A DNA stretch of 64,000 nucleotides from Thermoplasmatales archaeon I-plasma (GCA_001856825.1 ATMD01000001.1:114581-178580), one strand, 5' to 3'; shown: positions 11,187 through 23,292, numbered from the stretch's first letter. Translations and numbers: made by a program. The notes: a model not told the origin generated them from the sequence alone.

Positions 11187-11942
11187 TTATAGATGTCCAA
11201 GGTAAAGCTTAGTCACATAAACCATATCCACGCGTTCATTTGACTCATATTTTTTGAAAACATCAGAAAAGTCACCTACCATATTTTCGTACCTGGGGTT
11301 ACTTGGTTTGATGGCGTATGAAGCAGATCTATAACGCCCAATTACTGACTCTAGCGTAAGTTTCTGCACGTTTCGAAGCTGAAATTCACGATAGGTTCCA
11401 TTGAAGAATGATGCAATATCTTTCGAGTTAAGGGCAGTGCTACCGGTAGAATGGTATTCCTCACTATATCGTCGTACGACTGATTCGTACTCTCCAGTGA
11501 ATGTTCCTGGTTCATTTACCCTGTCATTCCAAACTAGAGCTACCCACTTCCTTCCTCTAAGGATTCTTGTAAACTCCTTCTTTGCAAGTCTTCTATCCAG
11601 CCAGTGGAAAGACTGGCCGCAAGCTACCAAGTCAACAGAACTGTCAGGAAGGTTTGTGTTTTCGCCCGTTCCCTTAATGAATTCGACTTTACCTCTTGTT
11701 GAAAGAATCTCTAAGGACTTCTGCCTCATTTCATCGTTAGGTTCAACACATTTTACCTGATTTCCGTGCTCTATGAACAGAGTAGATAGAATGCCTGTTC
11801 CAGAGCCTATGTCTGCCACTACCCACTTTGGATTTAGCCCTGTCTCCTTTGTAATAGTATCCATTAATTCTTCTGGATACGTTGGTCGATAACGGAAGTA
11901 GAAATCAGCCGTTCCATTGAAAATCTTATCAGCACCTTTCAA
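11187..11942 (-). CDS. Class I SAM-dependent methyltransferase
   Basis: YRPTYP, ADIGSGTG, VEPN, QSFHW. Confidence 0.9.
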   Translation of the reverse strand: MKGADKIFNGTADFYFRYRPTYPEELMDTITKETGLNPKWVVADIGSGTGILSTLFIEHGNQVKCVEPNDEMRQKSLEILSTRGKVEFIKGTGENTNLPDSSVDLVACGQSFHWLDRRLAKKEFTRILRGRKWVALVWNDRVNEPGTFTGEYESVVRRYSEEYHSTGSTALNSKDIASFFNGTYREFQLRNVQKLTLESVIGRYRSASYAIKPSNPRYENMVGDFSDVFKKYESNERVDMVYVTKLYLGHL

Positions 11943-12105
11943 TAACCGTTAATCTTTGTTCCGTTTAATTATTTGCCACAATATTCTTAATCTTATGCAC
12001 CACGCATCCTTAACCGCAGAAAGACTAGGGGATTTAAAATAATGAAACCATGTGAGATATACAGGAAACAACCCTTAAATAACATCCAACATATATTCGG
12101 GATGA

Positions 12106-13443
12106 ATGCGTCTTAGCTATGAATCAGGAACGATCATCATAGATGATCCTTCTTCCGTCCCGTCTTATGTCACGTTTGACAGGCGAACCCAATCATACAG
12201 AGCAGAAGGGTATCTCTATTCACGGCTCAAGGCTGATTTCCCAGATTCGGAAGACATCGTCTTCAATGACAGAAAGGTTGAACTGAAACACCAGGAAAAA
12301 CTAAGGTCATATCAAAAGAGGGCTGTTGATCTCTGGTCATCCAGCTCATTCTCAGGAACTGTTGTCCTGCCAACAGCTGCTGGAAAAACTCATATTGGAA
12401 TAGAGGCAATGTCAAGGTTATCAACCACAACACTCGTCGTAGCACCTACTATAGAGCTTGTGCAGCAATGGAGGGAGAGATTGCAGAAGTCTTTTGGAAT
12501 TGAAGTGGGTCAAATAGGGGGAGGGGAGAAGGACGTGAAGGATGTTTCGGTAAGCACTTACGATTCTGCATATCTAATGGCTGAGAAGCTCGGCAACAGG
12601 TTCAAATTCCTGCTAGTTGATGAAGTTCACCACCTAGCTGCAGAGCGTTATGTAGATATTGCGAGGATGTTCGCGTCACCTTACAGGATGGGACTGACAG
12701 CAACGTATGAGAGGACTGACATGCTTCATGAAAGGCTACAACAGTTTATGGGAGGGAAGGTCTTCGAGCTGGGTTATGAGGAGCTGACTGAATTCCTGGC
12801 TGACTATGAGATTATCAGGATACCAGTGGAACTGGAGCAGGAAGAGGAGGAGGAATACAACAGGAACAGAATGTTGTTCCTGAACTACCTCAGGAAGCAT
12901 CGCATGAGGATGAGGGGTCCATGGGACTTCGAGAGGTTCATCCTGTCATCGTGGAATCCAGAAGGGAGGGAAGCCCTCATAGCGTGGAGGAAGGCAAGGT
13001 CGATTGCCTTTAACTCCAGGGTCAAGGTGGACACAGTCAGGTACGTACTATCGAAACACAGGGGAGAGAAGACTATCATATTCTCCGAAGACACAAACAC
13101 CTCCTACCTCATTTCAAAGGAGTTCCTGGTACCGTGCATCACCTACCTGACGCCTGGTCCGGAAAGGAAGGAGTATCTTGACATGTTCAGGAGGGGTGAC
13201 GTCACTGCAATAGCTACGTCAAGGGTCCTTGATGAAGGCGTTGATGTCCCTGACGCATCCATTGGCATAATATTAAGCGGATCAGGGTCTACGAGACAAT
13301 TCCGTCAAAGATTGGGAAGGCTCCTGAGACCTTCATCCGGCAAGAAAGCAACACTCTACGAAATTGTTGCGAGTGGAACCAGCGAATTTGCCACTTCTAA
13401 GAGGAGGAGAAAGGGTGTTCCCGACTCAGCTGATGTCAGTTAG
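12106..13443 (+). CDS. xpb: XPB-like SF2 DNA helicase
   Basis: LRSYQ, PTAAGKT, DEVHH, GLTAT, QRLGRLLR; overlaps a DUF790 gene. Confidence 0.92.
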   Translation: MRLSYESGTIIIDDPSSVPSYVTFDRRTQSYRAEGYLYSRLKADFPDSEDIVFNDRKVELKHQEKLRSYQKRAVDLWSSSSFSGTVVLPTAAGKTHIGIEAMSRLSTTTLVVAPTIELVQQWRERLQKSFGIEVGQIGGGEKDVKDVSVSTYDSAYLMAEKLGNRFKFLLVDEVHHLAAERYVDIARMFASPYRMGLTATYERTDMLHERLQQFMGGKVFELGYEELTEFLADYEIIRIPVELEQEEEEEYNRNRMLFLNYLRKHRMRMRGPWDFERFILSSWNPEGREALIAWRKARSIAFNSRVKVDTVRYVLSKHRGEKTIIFSEDTNTSYLISKEFLVPCITYLTPGPERKEYLDMFRRGDVTAIATSRVLDEGVDVPDASIGIILSGSGSTRQFRQRLGRLLRPSSGKKATLYEIVASGTSEFATSKRRRKGVPDSADVS

Positions 13444-14782
13444 AAGGAGCAAGAAGGGAATACTAAGGTCGGTGTTCCTGACAGAAGAGAACAGCGATTA
13501 CTGCACCTCAATAATCGAGCTATTCTCAAGGAGTAGGGGCAAAACCAGAGGGGAAATAGAAGAAGAACTGAAGACAATGGAACTAAAGGTGCAGAATCCC
13601 AAGATACTGAGGGGTTTGGCACTAATAATGTTCAGGAATTCGGAATTCAGGAGGCCATCCCCACTTGATTCAGAGGCAGTTAGGAAGGTAATTTTTTCGA
13701 TAGCTAGGAACCCAGTAGTGAGCCCAGAGGAGAGGAAAGCCGTACTGGAAAGGGTTGCATCTTCAATGTCTTCAACGTCCCAAGATGTAGACGAAGCAAT
13801 ATATGGAGACAAGGAGAGCAACATGGTTCTAGTGTCGCCGTTCAATGTTTCACCTGATATACTTTCTAAAAAATTCAACGAGGAACAGATAGAGACAGTC
13901 ATAATGAAGTCACTCTGGGTTGAAGTTACAACGAAAAATCACACAAACGATTTCATCAGGAACCTTAGGACGAAGGGACTGCTCTATGAGGAGAGGGTGG
14001 AGGAGGATAGACACATAATAAGGGTTAATGGTCCGGTATCGATTTTTGAGAGGAGCGAGAGATATGGCTTCAAGCTCGCACTCTTCGTGCGTTATGTACT
14101 TTCACAAGACGACTGGGAGATCAACTCATCCATATCCCTTAAAAGCAATGCAGGAAGGAAAAAAGAGGATGATTTCACTTACCATCTGGACGAATCGATT
14201 TCTGATCTCATAGTCAAGGAAGATGTTCAGGAGGAACAACTTCCAGCATTCGTGAACCGCAACCCTAAGCATATAGAAATTGACGGAGGCATCGTGACGC
14301 CCGAATTTTCCATAAGCTCAGGTGGGAAAGAAATTGCAATTTTTATATCCCCTCGTCGGTACTACGAAGATGAATTACCCAGGGTGAGAAAGATCAGGGA
14401 TGCCGGCATACCTGCTGAAGTCTTCTGCCTGATTGAAGGGAGGGAAAAGTGCCCAAAGGGGGCAATGTGTTTCAAGGATGCCATTGATTGGTGGAGAATC
14501 AGGGAGTATCTGGCTCAGATATACCAGAGCAGCAAGTCACAGAATAAGTTGGTTCCCAAGGAACTAGGACAAACTAAAATTGCAAATGGTAGCACGCCAA
14601 AGATCACGGAAAAGGTAATTTCCCACTTAAATTCCCTCTATCCGGATGATCAAGCAATGGTCGAGTACCTCGATTTCATGGGAATTCCGCCAGATGAAGG
14701 ACTGCGCGAGGCTGGATTTGAAGTCGCTTGGAAAGGCCTAAGACTGGTTGTTACAGGAAGGACAAGCAGGGGGAAGGAATAA
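13415..14782 (+). CDS. bax1: Bax1 / DUF790 family XPB partner
   Basis: M(V)FP..L N-terminus, KILRGL, YGD..E, GP.SIF....YG..LA; GTG 13415 after SD GAGGAGG; overlaps xpb. Confidence 0.85.
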   Translation: MFPTQLMSVRRSKKGILRSVFLTEENSDYCTSIIELFSRSRGKTRGEIEEELKTMELKVQNPKILRGLALIMFRNSEFRRPSPLDSEAVRKVIFSIARNPVVSPEERKAVLERVASSMSSTSQDVDEAIYGDKESNMVLVSPFNVSPDILSKKFNEEQIETVIMKSLWVEVTTKNHTNDFIRNLRTKGLLYEERVEEDRHIIRVNGPVSIFERSERYGFKLALFVRYVLSQDDWEINSSISLKSNAGRKKEDDFTYHLDESISDLIVKEDVQEEQLPAFVNRNPKHIEIDGGIVTPEFSISSGGKEIAIFISPRRYYEDELPRVRKIRDAGIPAEVFCLIEGREKCPKGAMCFKDAIDWWRIREYLAQIYQSSKSQNKLVPKELGQTKIANGSTPKITEKVISHLNSLYPDDQAMVEYLDFMGIPPDEGLREAGFEVAWKGLRLVVTGRTSRGKE

Positions 14783-14923
14783 CTTTTCCCTAATGTCTCA
14801 ATGCCAACCTCCAGCACAAAGCACCCGATAATTCTGATAAATCAAGGAATATTTTAGCCTGACACTTCCAGGAACATTTAAGTATTCAAACCATTTAAAT
14901 CCTCAATTGGTATTATCTAAAAA

Positions 14924-15997
14924 ATGATGGCAGAATCGCAGATGGATGTGTACAAAGTCGCCCAGGAATTCTCGCTAGGGGACGATTTCACTTACGGGGT
15001 TAATGTGAAGCTTAGGGGGAGGTCTGGAATTGAACATAAGTTCGACCTTGTCCTGACTTCCAAGGAAGATGAGAGGACCAAAATTGCGGTTCTTCAGGGT
15101 GTTTCAGATGACCTTATAACGGACATAATGGAATTCAATGCAATTGCCCGAGACTGTGGCATTCAACTAAAGGCAATTGCAACGGACAGGGAACTCAGCA
15201 AATCAGAGATGAATCTTGCAAAGGTCTGCAACATATCTGTGGTCAAGAAGAATTACGAGAAACAGACAAACACAATACTTGGTGTGAAAAAATTCGACGA
15301 GAACGTTGGAGAACTGATAAAGAAGGGGAGCGTGTACATGATCTCCGGGGGACCGGGTACAGGTAAGACCGCTATCAGCTGTCAATTCCTGGCCGAGGGC
15401 GCAAAAATGGGTGAGAAGGGGATGATCATCCTGACTGACAGGCAGGGACGCAATTTCATATCCCAGGTGGAATCGTTTTCCAACGGGTTTGGGAATTACT
15501 ATAAAAATGGAATAATAGAAGTACTTGAAATCAGCGACCGTATCATGAAGCTTAAGGCTAATGTCACCCACGAGTATCAAACAATGAGCAGCTATATCAG
15601 AACACTCACCAACCAGCTGAAAACATTCGTAGCCGAATTCAACGTGACACGATTAGTCATTGATCCTGTCACACCGCTGATCATCCCGGATAACGATTTC
15701 CTGAACCTATTCTTCCGCTCGATTTCAATACCCCAGGTTTATACACTAGTCACGAGTGGAATAGGGAAGAATGATTTCTCCGCCTTCGGCCTCGAGCAAT
15801 CTTTCGTCTCAGGTCTTATAAAATTGGAAGATGAACTTAATGATTCTGAGGTAAAAAGAGCTTCGATTATAAAGATGAGCGGTGGTGGTTATAACGCCGC
15901 TCCTTTCAAGTTCAAGATAACTACAAAGGGCATCGTACCGTACGACGAGGATGACTCAACCAGTTCAAGTCCTCTGTTCAATCAAGTGATTCTTTAA
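14924..15997 (+). CDS. KaiC/RAD55-like ATPase with N-terminal degenerate restriction-endonuclease-like domain
   Basis: N-terminal GRSGIEHKFDLV; C-terminal Walker A GGPGTGKT and Walker B LVIDP. Confidence 0.75.
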   Translation: MMAESQMDVYKVAQEFSLGDDFTYGVNVKLRGRSGIEHKFDLVLTSKEDERTKIAVLQGVSDDLITDIMEFNAIARDCGIQLKAIATDRELSKSEMNLAKVCNISVVKKNYEKQTNTILGVKKFDENVGELIKKGSVYMISGGPGTGKTAISCQFLAEGAKMGEKGMIILTDRQGRNFISQVESFSNGFGNYYKNGIIEVLEISDRIMKLKANVTHEYQTMSSYIRTLTNQLKTFVAEFNVTRLVIDPVTPLIIPDNDFLNLFFRSISIPQVYTLVTSGIGKNDFSAFGLEQSFVSGLIKLEDELNDSEVKRASIIKMSGGGYNAAPFKFKITTKGIVPYDEDDSTSSSPLFNQVIL

Positions 15998-16068
15998 TTT
16001 GTATTCCTGAAGAAATACACCATTCTTAGATTATACAACTCCGACCGCGTTATAATGAAGAGAAAACG

Positions 16069-16860
16069 TTAGAAGAGCGTAGTCTGGCCTGTTTTTGCCG
16101 TCCAGTCGATAGTTTCTAGACCAGACATTTTTCTGAATAGATTTACAGTCGCTGGGCCGAATCCCTGAAAGTGGTTGTTGCTCACAACGTATGCATGCTT
16201 TATCATATCCTCTTTCTCTTTCAGCTCCTTTGCCCAGAGACCTACCTCAACACTCCTATCCTTCAATACTTTTCCAAATTCCTCCTCCCTGATAGACCTG
16301 TCACCTACGAATCGGAGATAAATGGTATCTGACGTAACTACCGGAGGAACGTGGGCGTAGGGTATCTCAGACCAGGCAAGACCAACTCCACTGTCCCTGA
16401 GCATGAAGAATGTATCATCAACAAACCATGAATCGTGTCTCATCTCCACAGAGTACCCAATTCCAGATGGGAGATCGGCAATTAGATTCTTCAGATTCCT
16501 GAACCCCTCTTTGAACGTTAATGAAGGAGGGAGCTGAATGAGTATCGACTTTAGTTTCTCTTCAAGTGTTCCGATCACGTCAATAAATTTTCTTGCTTCC
16601 TCTGATGCATTTCTCAACCTCAGGTCATGGGTGACAGCCTGAGGCATCTTTGCCGTAAATGCGAAGTCAGCTGGTACGACGTTAGACCAATTCTCTACCG
16701 TGTGTTTTTCAGGAATACCGTAAAAACTTGAGTCAATTTCAACAATATCAAATATCCTTGAATAGACCTTGAGGAAATCACTTGTCTTGGTGCCTATCGG
16801 ATAGAAGGCACCAACCCATTGGTTGTAACTCCATCCAGAACAGCCCGTTCGTATCTCCAA
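16069..16860 (-). CDS. DUF72 family TIM-barrel protein
   Basis: GCSGWSY..W.G.FYP, VEIDSSFY, QLPPS, VEMRH.SW, Y.RF.G, NNH..G. Confidence 0.92.
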   Translation of the reverse strand: MEIRTGCSGWSYNQWVGAFYPIGTKTSDFLKVYSRIFDIVEIDSSFYGIPEKHTVENWSNVVPADFAFTAKMPQAVTHDLRLRNASEEARKFIDVIGTLEEKLKSILIQLPPSLTFKEGFRNLKNLIADLPSGIGYSVEMRHDSWFVDDTFFMLRDSGVGLAWSEIPYAHVPPVVTSDTIYLRFVGDRSIREEEFGKVLKDRSVEVGLWAKELKEKEDMIKHAYVVSNNHFQGFGPATVNLFRKMSGLETIDWTAKTGQTTLF

Positions 16861-17088
16861 TAGAAAGACATAATTGATTCACTTTTAAGCTTATTCTTAC
16901 AGTGGGATAAATCAAACACAAAGATGAGACATGATCTTCGGCAAAGAAAGTGATTCAAGAAATTCAACGTCTGGATACATTGGCAGAAATGGCGTATTTC
17001 ACATTCCAGGATACTGTATAAATCGTCTTCTGCTGATCTTTCTCCCTGAGATTTGTACGTTACCTTCTATCTGGATTATTAGAGCATT

Positions 17089-17970
17089 TCACCTATTTCC
17101 GGAGTTTGATTTTTCCATTTCAAGAAAATACTTCTTTCTTCCTACTCCTAGTCCATATCCGCCCAGCCCTCCATCCTTCCTCACGACGCGATGGCAAGGT
17201 ATTATGAGTGGTACTAGATTCGAAGCGCAGGCATTCGCTACGGCCCTCACTGCCTTTGGAGAACCTATCATTTCAGCAATTTGGTGATAAGACCTGGTCT
17301 CTCCATAAGGTATATTGAGTAGTGCAGACCAGACCCTCTTCTGGAATTCCGTTCCCACTATATCCACGGGGAGGCTGAGCAACTGACCTTCAAAATAATC
17401 GAGGACAGAATTCAGTCGCCCCCTGACATTCTCTGACCTAATTATATCAGCTTTTGGGAACTCCTTTCTAAGAAAAGACTCGAGGGTATCTTTATCATCA
17501 GCAAGATTCAGCGAGCAAATACCGTATCTGGTCTCAGCCACTAGAAGGAAGCCGAGCTTGCACCTTGCTGTGAGGTAAAATATTGTAGCCCCATTGCCAC
17601 CTTTCCTGTAACTTGCAGGCGTCATTCCAAGCTTTGAGGACTGTGCCCCGTAGAGCCAGCTGTGAGAATTGTACCCTGCCTGGTATACAGCTCTTGGTAT
17701 TGGCTGGTCTTCCTTGAGGTTCTTCTTAAGCAGGAGTATCCTGCACTCCTCTGCATACTTTCTTGGACTAATTCCCATTACTTCTTTGAATGTCCTCTGG
17801 ATGTAGAAGCGCGACGTCCCGAACCTGGTTTCAAGAGTGTGAAGAGATACATTGCCTGAGGGATTGGATTTTATGAAGTTACATATAGATTCCACAAGAT
17901 CGGACTTTGACGTGGAAGAAGAATTCTTCTTATTTGCCGCTCCCTTGCGAAAAGCTGGGTTCCCCTTCAT
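17089..17970 (-). CDS. ogt: Ada-like protein: AraC-type HTH plus O6-alkylguanine-DNA alkyltransferase, lacking the N-terminal Zn domain
   Basis: QRTFK..MGISP..Y HTH, LGMTP.SY, GTEFQ..VW, IPYGET.SY, active-site PCHRV. Confidence 0.9.
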   Translation of the reverse strand: MKGNPAFRKGAANKKNSSSTSKSDLVESICNFIKSNPSGNVSLHTLETRFGTSRFYIQRTFKEVMGISPRKYAEECRILLLKKNLKEDQPIPRAVYQAGYNSHSWLYGAQSSKLGMTPASYRKGGNGATIFYLTARCKLGFLLVAETRYGICSLNLADDKDTLESFLRKEFPKADIIRSENVRGRLNSVLDYFEGQLLSLPVDIVGTEFQKRVWSALLNIPYGETRSYHQIAEMIGSPKAVRAVANACASNLVPLIIPCHRVVRKDGGLGGYGLGVGRKKYFLEMEKSNSGNR

Positions 17971-18112
17971 TGAAAGTCATTTCTGTTCACATAAAAGATA
18001 TTTTGTCTATTTCTTGAACTTTGCATTTCTCCATAGCATCAGCCCTTAAACCTCAAGAAATTATCAGTAGTCTGCATCAAAAATTATTTTATAAAAGATG
18101 AGATATTAAGGA

Positions 18113-18667
18113 ATGTTTCAGAGTATTCAGGGACTAATAAAGAGGGAAAGGAGTGCGCTCATAGTCTGGGACGTTCAGGAAGCACTCGTTTCAGCTATAT
18201 TCAACAGGAAGGAATTTCTTTCCAACGTCACCAAGATTATCAAGAAATCGAGGGAGATAAATCTCCCCATATTCTACTCCAAAATAACCCCCCTCCCAGA
18301 GCGATTCGAATCCCCTCTGAGGAGAGCAGCTGGTTTTGGGAAATTTGAACCTGGAGATGTAGTGAAGGAAGTGTATCCTGAGAAGTCAGATATTGTCATA
18401 AATAAGAATACAGCCAGTTTCTTCATTGGTACCAATTTCGAGTTGATGCTTAGAAATGCTGGTATAAACGTTCTTTACTTTACGGGAATAGCAACTGAGA
18501 TGGGTGTCGAGACCTCTGCAAGACACGGGCAGAATTTGGGTTTCATTCCAGTAATAATTAAGGATGCAGTTTCATCGAGGGATAGGGAAGCGCATGAAAG
18601 GAGCCTTTTGAACCTGTCTAAAATGATGCCTGTAATTACAACAGATGAATTCATAAAAACAGTATAG
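18113..18667 (+). CDS. Isochorismatase-like hydrolase (YecD-type, Gly at the catalytic Cys position)
   Basis: ALIVWDVQ, K...S.F, GIATEMGVETSAR. Confidence 0.85.
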   Translation: MFQSIQGLIKRERSALIVWDVQEALVSAIFNRKEFLSNVTKIIKKSREINLPIFYSKITPLPERFESPLRRAAGFGKFEPGDVVKEVYPEKSDIVINKNTASFFIGTNFELMLRNAGINVLYFTGIATEMGVETSARHGQNLGFIPVIIKDAVSSRDREAHERSLLNLSKMMPVITTDEFIKTV

Positions 18668-18747
18668 ATATCCTAGGAAACGGTAAATAAAGGAGGGCCT
18701 TCTGGCCTCAGTTTAAATGTTTTATACTTCCACCATTTACAAGGAGG

Positions 18748-19260
18748 ATGATAAGGGAGTTAAGGTGGAATGACTTGGAGGACTTGGTAGCTAATTATTA
18801 CTCCTACTATGACGAGTTAAAGGATACTCCTGATTTTGGCATTTCTTTCTACAAAGAAAGACCAGATTATTCTTCGGAAGTGGAGTGGTTTTCCGGCCTG
18901 TTCAGGGAGATAGTGGAAGGGAATGCTTTAGCAGTGGTAGCTGAAGAGAACGGAAAGGTAGTTGGACTGTGCGACGTTCACAGGGTAAGACCAGGTACAG
19001 AATTAGACCACTCTGCAGTTCTTGGAATTGCAATAAGGAAAGGGTATAGGGGAAAGGGACTGGGGGGATTAATGATGAAGAAGATAATTGAACTTTCCAA
19101 GGGGAAATTCGAGATATTGAAACTGGAAGTATTTTCGGTAAATTCCAGAGCCATCAACCTGTATAGGAGACTCGGATTCGTAGAATACAGCAATTTTCCG
19201 AAGGCAGTGAAGAGAGGGGACAGGTATTATGACTTGATACAGATGTACTTTACCCTCTAG
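18748..19260 (+). CDS. GNAT family N-acetyltransferase
   Basis: YRGKGLG motif A, N.RA..LY.RLGF. Confidence 0.9.
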   Translation: MIRELRWNDLEDLVANYYSYYDELKDTPDFGISFYKERPDYSSEVEWFSGLFREIVEGNALAVVAEENGKVVGLCDVHRVRPGTELDHSAVLGIAIRKGYRGKGLGGLMMKKIIELSKGKFEILKLEVFSVNSRAINLYRRLGFVEYSNFPKAVKRGDRYYDLIQMYFTL

Positions 19261-19346
19261 GCTGGAACTCGTTGAGATTATTTGGTTGCCAGAATGGAGG
19301 CTCCCAAAGTCTTAAGTTGGAATTAACGTTAGTATGTCTTGATTAG

Positions 19347-20084
19347 ATGGTAATTACAAGTGGCTCTATACCCAGGGTATCCGGACAATTCGAGATGGGG
19401 CTTGGAAGTCAAGTAGAGAGCATATCAACTAGCATAACTGCAAACTGGTCATGGTACAATAAACTGATGGGAATAGTTTCATGGAACTTCAAAAATAATT
19501 CAGCTTTCCAGGAAACTGCAGTCCTGTACAGATCTGGATATTTCTTTGGAAACGCATATTTCCCGATATACCTGGAAAATGGCGTTTCTATGTGGGGGAC
19601 ACAGCTTGCGCCATTGACTAACAGGGGGATAGACAGGAATACGATGCCATTGGGGATTGTAGATTTCGGGCAAGGCAACAGGATAATAGCGTTCCTATTC
19701 ACATTTGACCCAGGTCAATCCTGGAGCGTCCTAGAGGGTGGTTTTTCTGCAAGATCTCCTCCTTCAAACGGCGTCCTCTTCGGTGCAATGCTTGAGAAAA
19801 CGGGTTCATTCTGCATAGGGTATGATCCCAAGCAGGTTACGGACTATGACAGGCAGACCTCAACAAGTCTAAAGGGTTATTCTCCGAATCCAAGCTACAT
19901 AAAAACGGTAGAGGTGGCAATTTCTACGTTTGCACAATTTGTTCAGCTATTCCCCGGGGATACGATAAGTGATAGACCCTGTCAAAACCAGAATGAGGTT
20001 GTGGTACAGGAAGAAAGTAACGTTGCACCGGGAGATATAGAAGAAATCGTAGGAAATATCGTAAGGGTAATTCGGTCCTTTTGA
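19347..20084 (+). CDS. Hypothetical protein (aromatic/Gly-rich, probably beta-rich)
   Basis: 245-aa ORF filling the gap between genes; no recognisable motif. Confidence 0.7.
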   Translation: MVITSGSIPRVSGQFEMGLGSQVESISTSITANWSWYNKLMGIVSWNFKNNSAFQETAVLYRSGYFFGNAYFPIYLENGVSMWGTQLAPLTNRGIDRNTMPLGIVDFGQGNRIIAFLFTFDPGQSWSVLEGGFSARSPPSNGVLFGAMLEKTGSFCIGYDPKQVTDYDRQTSTSLKGYSPNPSYIKTVEVAISTFAQFVQLFPGDTISDRPCQNQNEVVVQEESNVAPGDIEEIVGNIVRVIRSF

Positions 20085-20110
20085 ACAGGGTCTATGACGG
20101 GCACTACTCT

Positions 20111-20788
20111 CTAGAACAAGTTTCCATCATTAATTATATTCGTAACGTCGTTAAAGCAGTGAACTACCCTGTCTGCTAAGGTAGGGGCTGGGGTATCCTC
20201 CATCTTGAGGGTGAAAAATTTCATCCTCTTGGCTCCCTCGATGTCCCGTCTCTCCGAGTCACCAATAAATATGACATTTGAAGGGTTGTTAGCCTCTCTC
20301 AAAGCAGCTTTAAATATAACTGGATCAGGTTTGGGTGCCCTGACCGACTCGGCAGTAACAATGGAATCAAAGTATTCTTTGATCCCAAGTGCAGACACCG
20401 TTCGTTCCGTGTAAACATTATCTGCATCAGTTACCATTACAATCTGGAAGCTATCTTTTGCAGAATTAACGAAATCTATGAAGTCAGGTCTCAGCTTAAG
20501 ATTCTTCTCGTGAAACTCGTAATATTCCTCTTCATAAATCTCAGATATGCCGTACAGTTCGGAGAGCACCTCATGATTTATCTCCATGAAAGTTCTGAAA
20601 TTCTTCTCCCTATCAATGAGCTTTTCCAGTCTCCGCTTGGAGAAGGCAGATCGAATATCTGTTGCGATGTGATACCTGCTACTTAACAAATCCAACCACT
20701 TGTAAATGGAGATGTTTTCAGACTCCACGGTGGTTATTGTATTTGAGAAATCCAAGAAAATAGCTCTCTCAGACGACACCAATCCCAA
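20111..20788 (-). CDS. HAD superfamily hydrolase
   Basis: IFLDFSNT, VTD, KPDP.IF, GDS..RDI.GA. Confidence 0.88.
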   Translation of the reverse strand: MGLVSSERAIFLDFSNTITTVESENISIYKWLDLLSSRYHIATDIRSAFSKRRLEKLIDREKNFRTFMEINHEVLSELYGISEIYEEEYYEFHEKNLKLRPDFIDFVNSAKDSFQIVMVTDADNVYTERTVSALGIKEYFDSIVTAESVRAPKPDPVIFKAALREANNPSNVIFIGDSERRDIEGAKRMKFFTLKMEDTPAPTLADRVVHCFNDVTNIINDGNLF

Positions 20789-20836
20789 TCGCAGCCTTTG
20801 GTAAATATTTTAGGAAGGAAGTGTTTGAGGAAATAT

Positions 20837-20910
20837 GGCCGGGATGGGGTAGCGGTGCATCCTTGGGGACTGTGGATCCCCGGACCCGGGTTCAAATCCC
20901 GGTCCCGGCC
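20837..20910 (+). tRNA. tRNA-His(GTG) with genomically encoded G-1
   Basis: G-1 plus GCCGGGA/TCCCGGC and C73; anticodon arm GGGGA-CTGTGGA-TCCCC; T-loop GTTCAAATC. Confidence 0.97.
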
Positions 20911-20971
20911 CTATTCTAACCGAAAAGGGGAGGAGGCAATGCATCGCCTTCAAGCGTGGAATCGGGATGAC

Positions 20972-23161
<2,190 letters not shown>

Positions 23162-23162
23162 T

Positions 23163-23174
23163 TAATAATTATTC
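23163..23174. promoter_or_regulatory. Candidate Fur/PerR box TAATAATTATTC between the divergent katG and fur-family genes
   Basis: AATAATTATT palindrome about 30-40 nt upstream of the katG start. Confidence 0.45.
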
Positions 23175-23292
23175 CGATTTACTATTTGCTACAATATGCA
23201 TGTAGGTCTGGTCCCATCAACTAAATTTTCTGGGATAATAAGCTGAGAATATTAGTAAGGTTCAATAATTCCTGTTTGATAACAAGTAGTAT

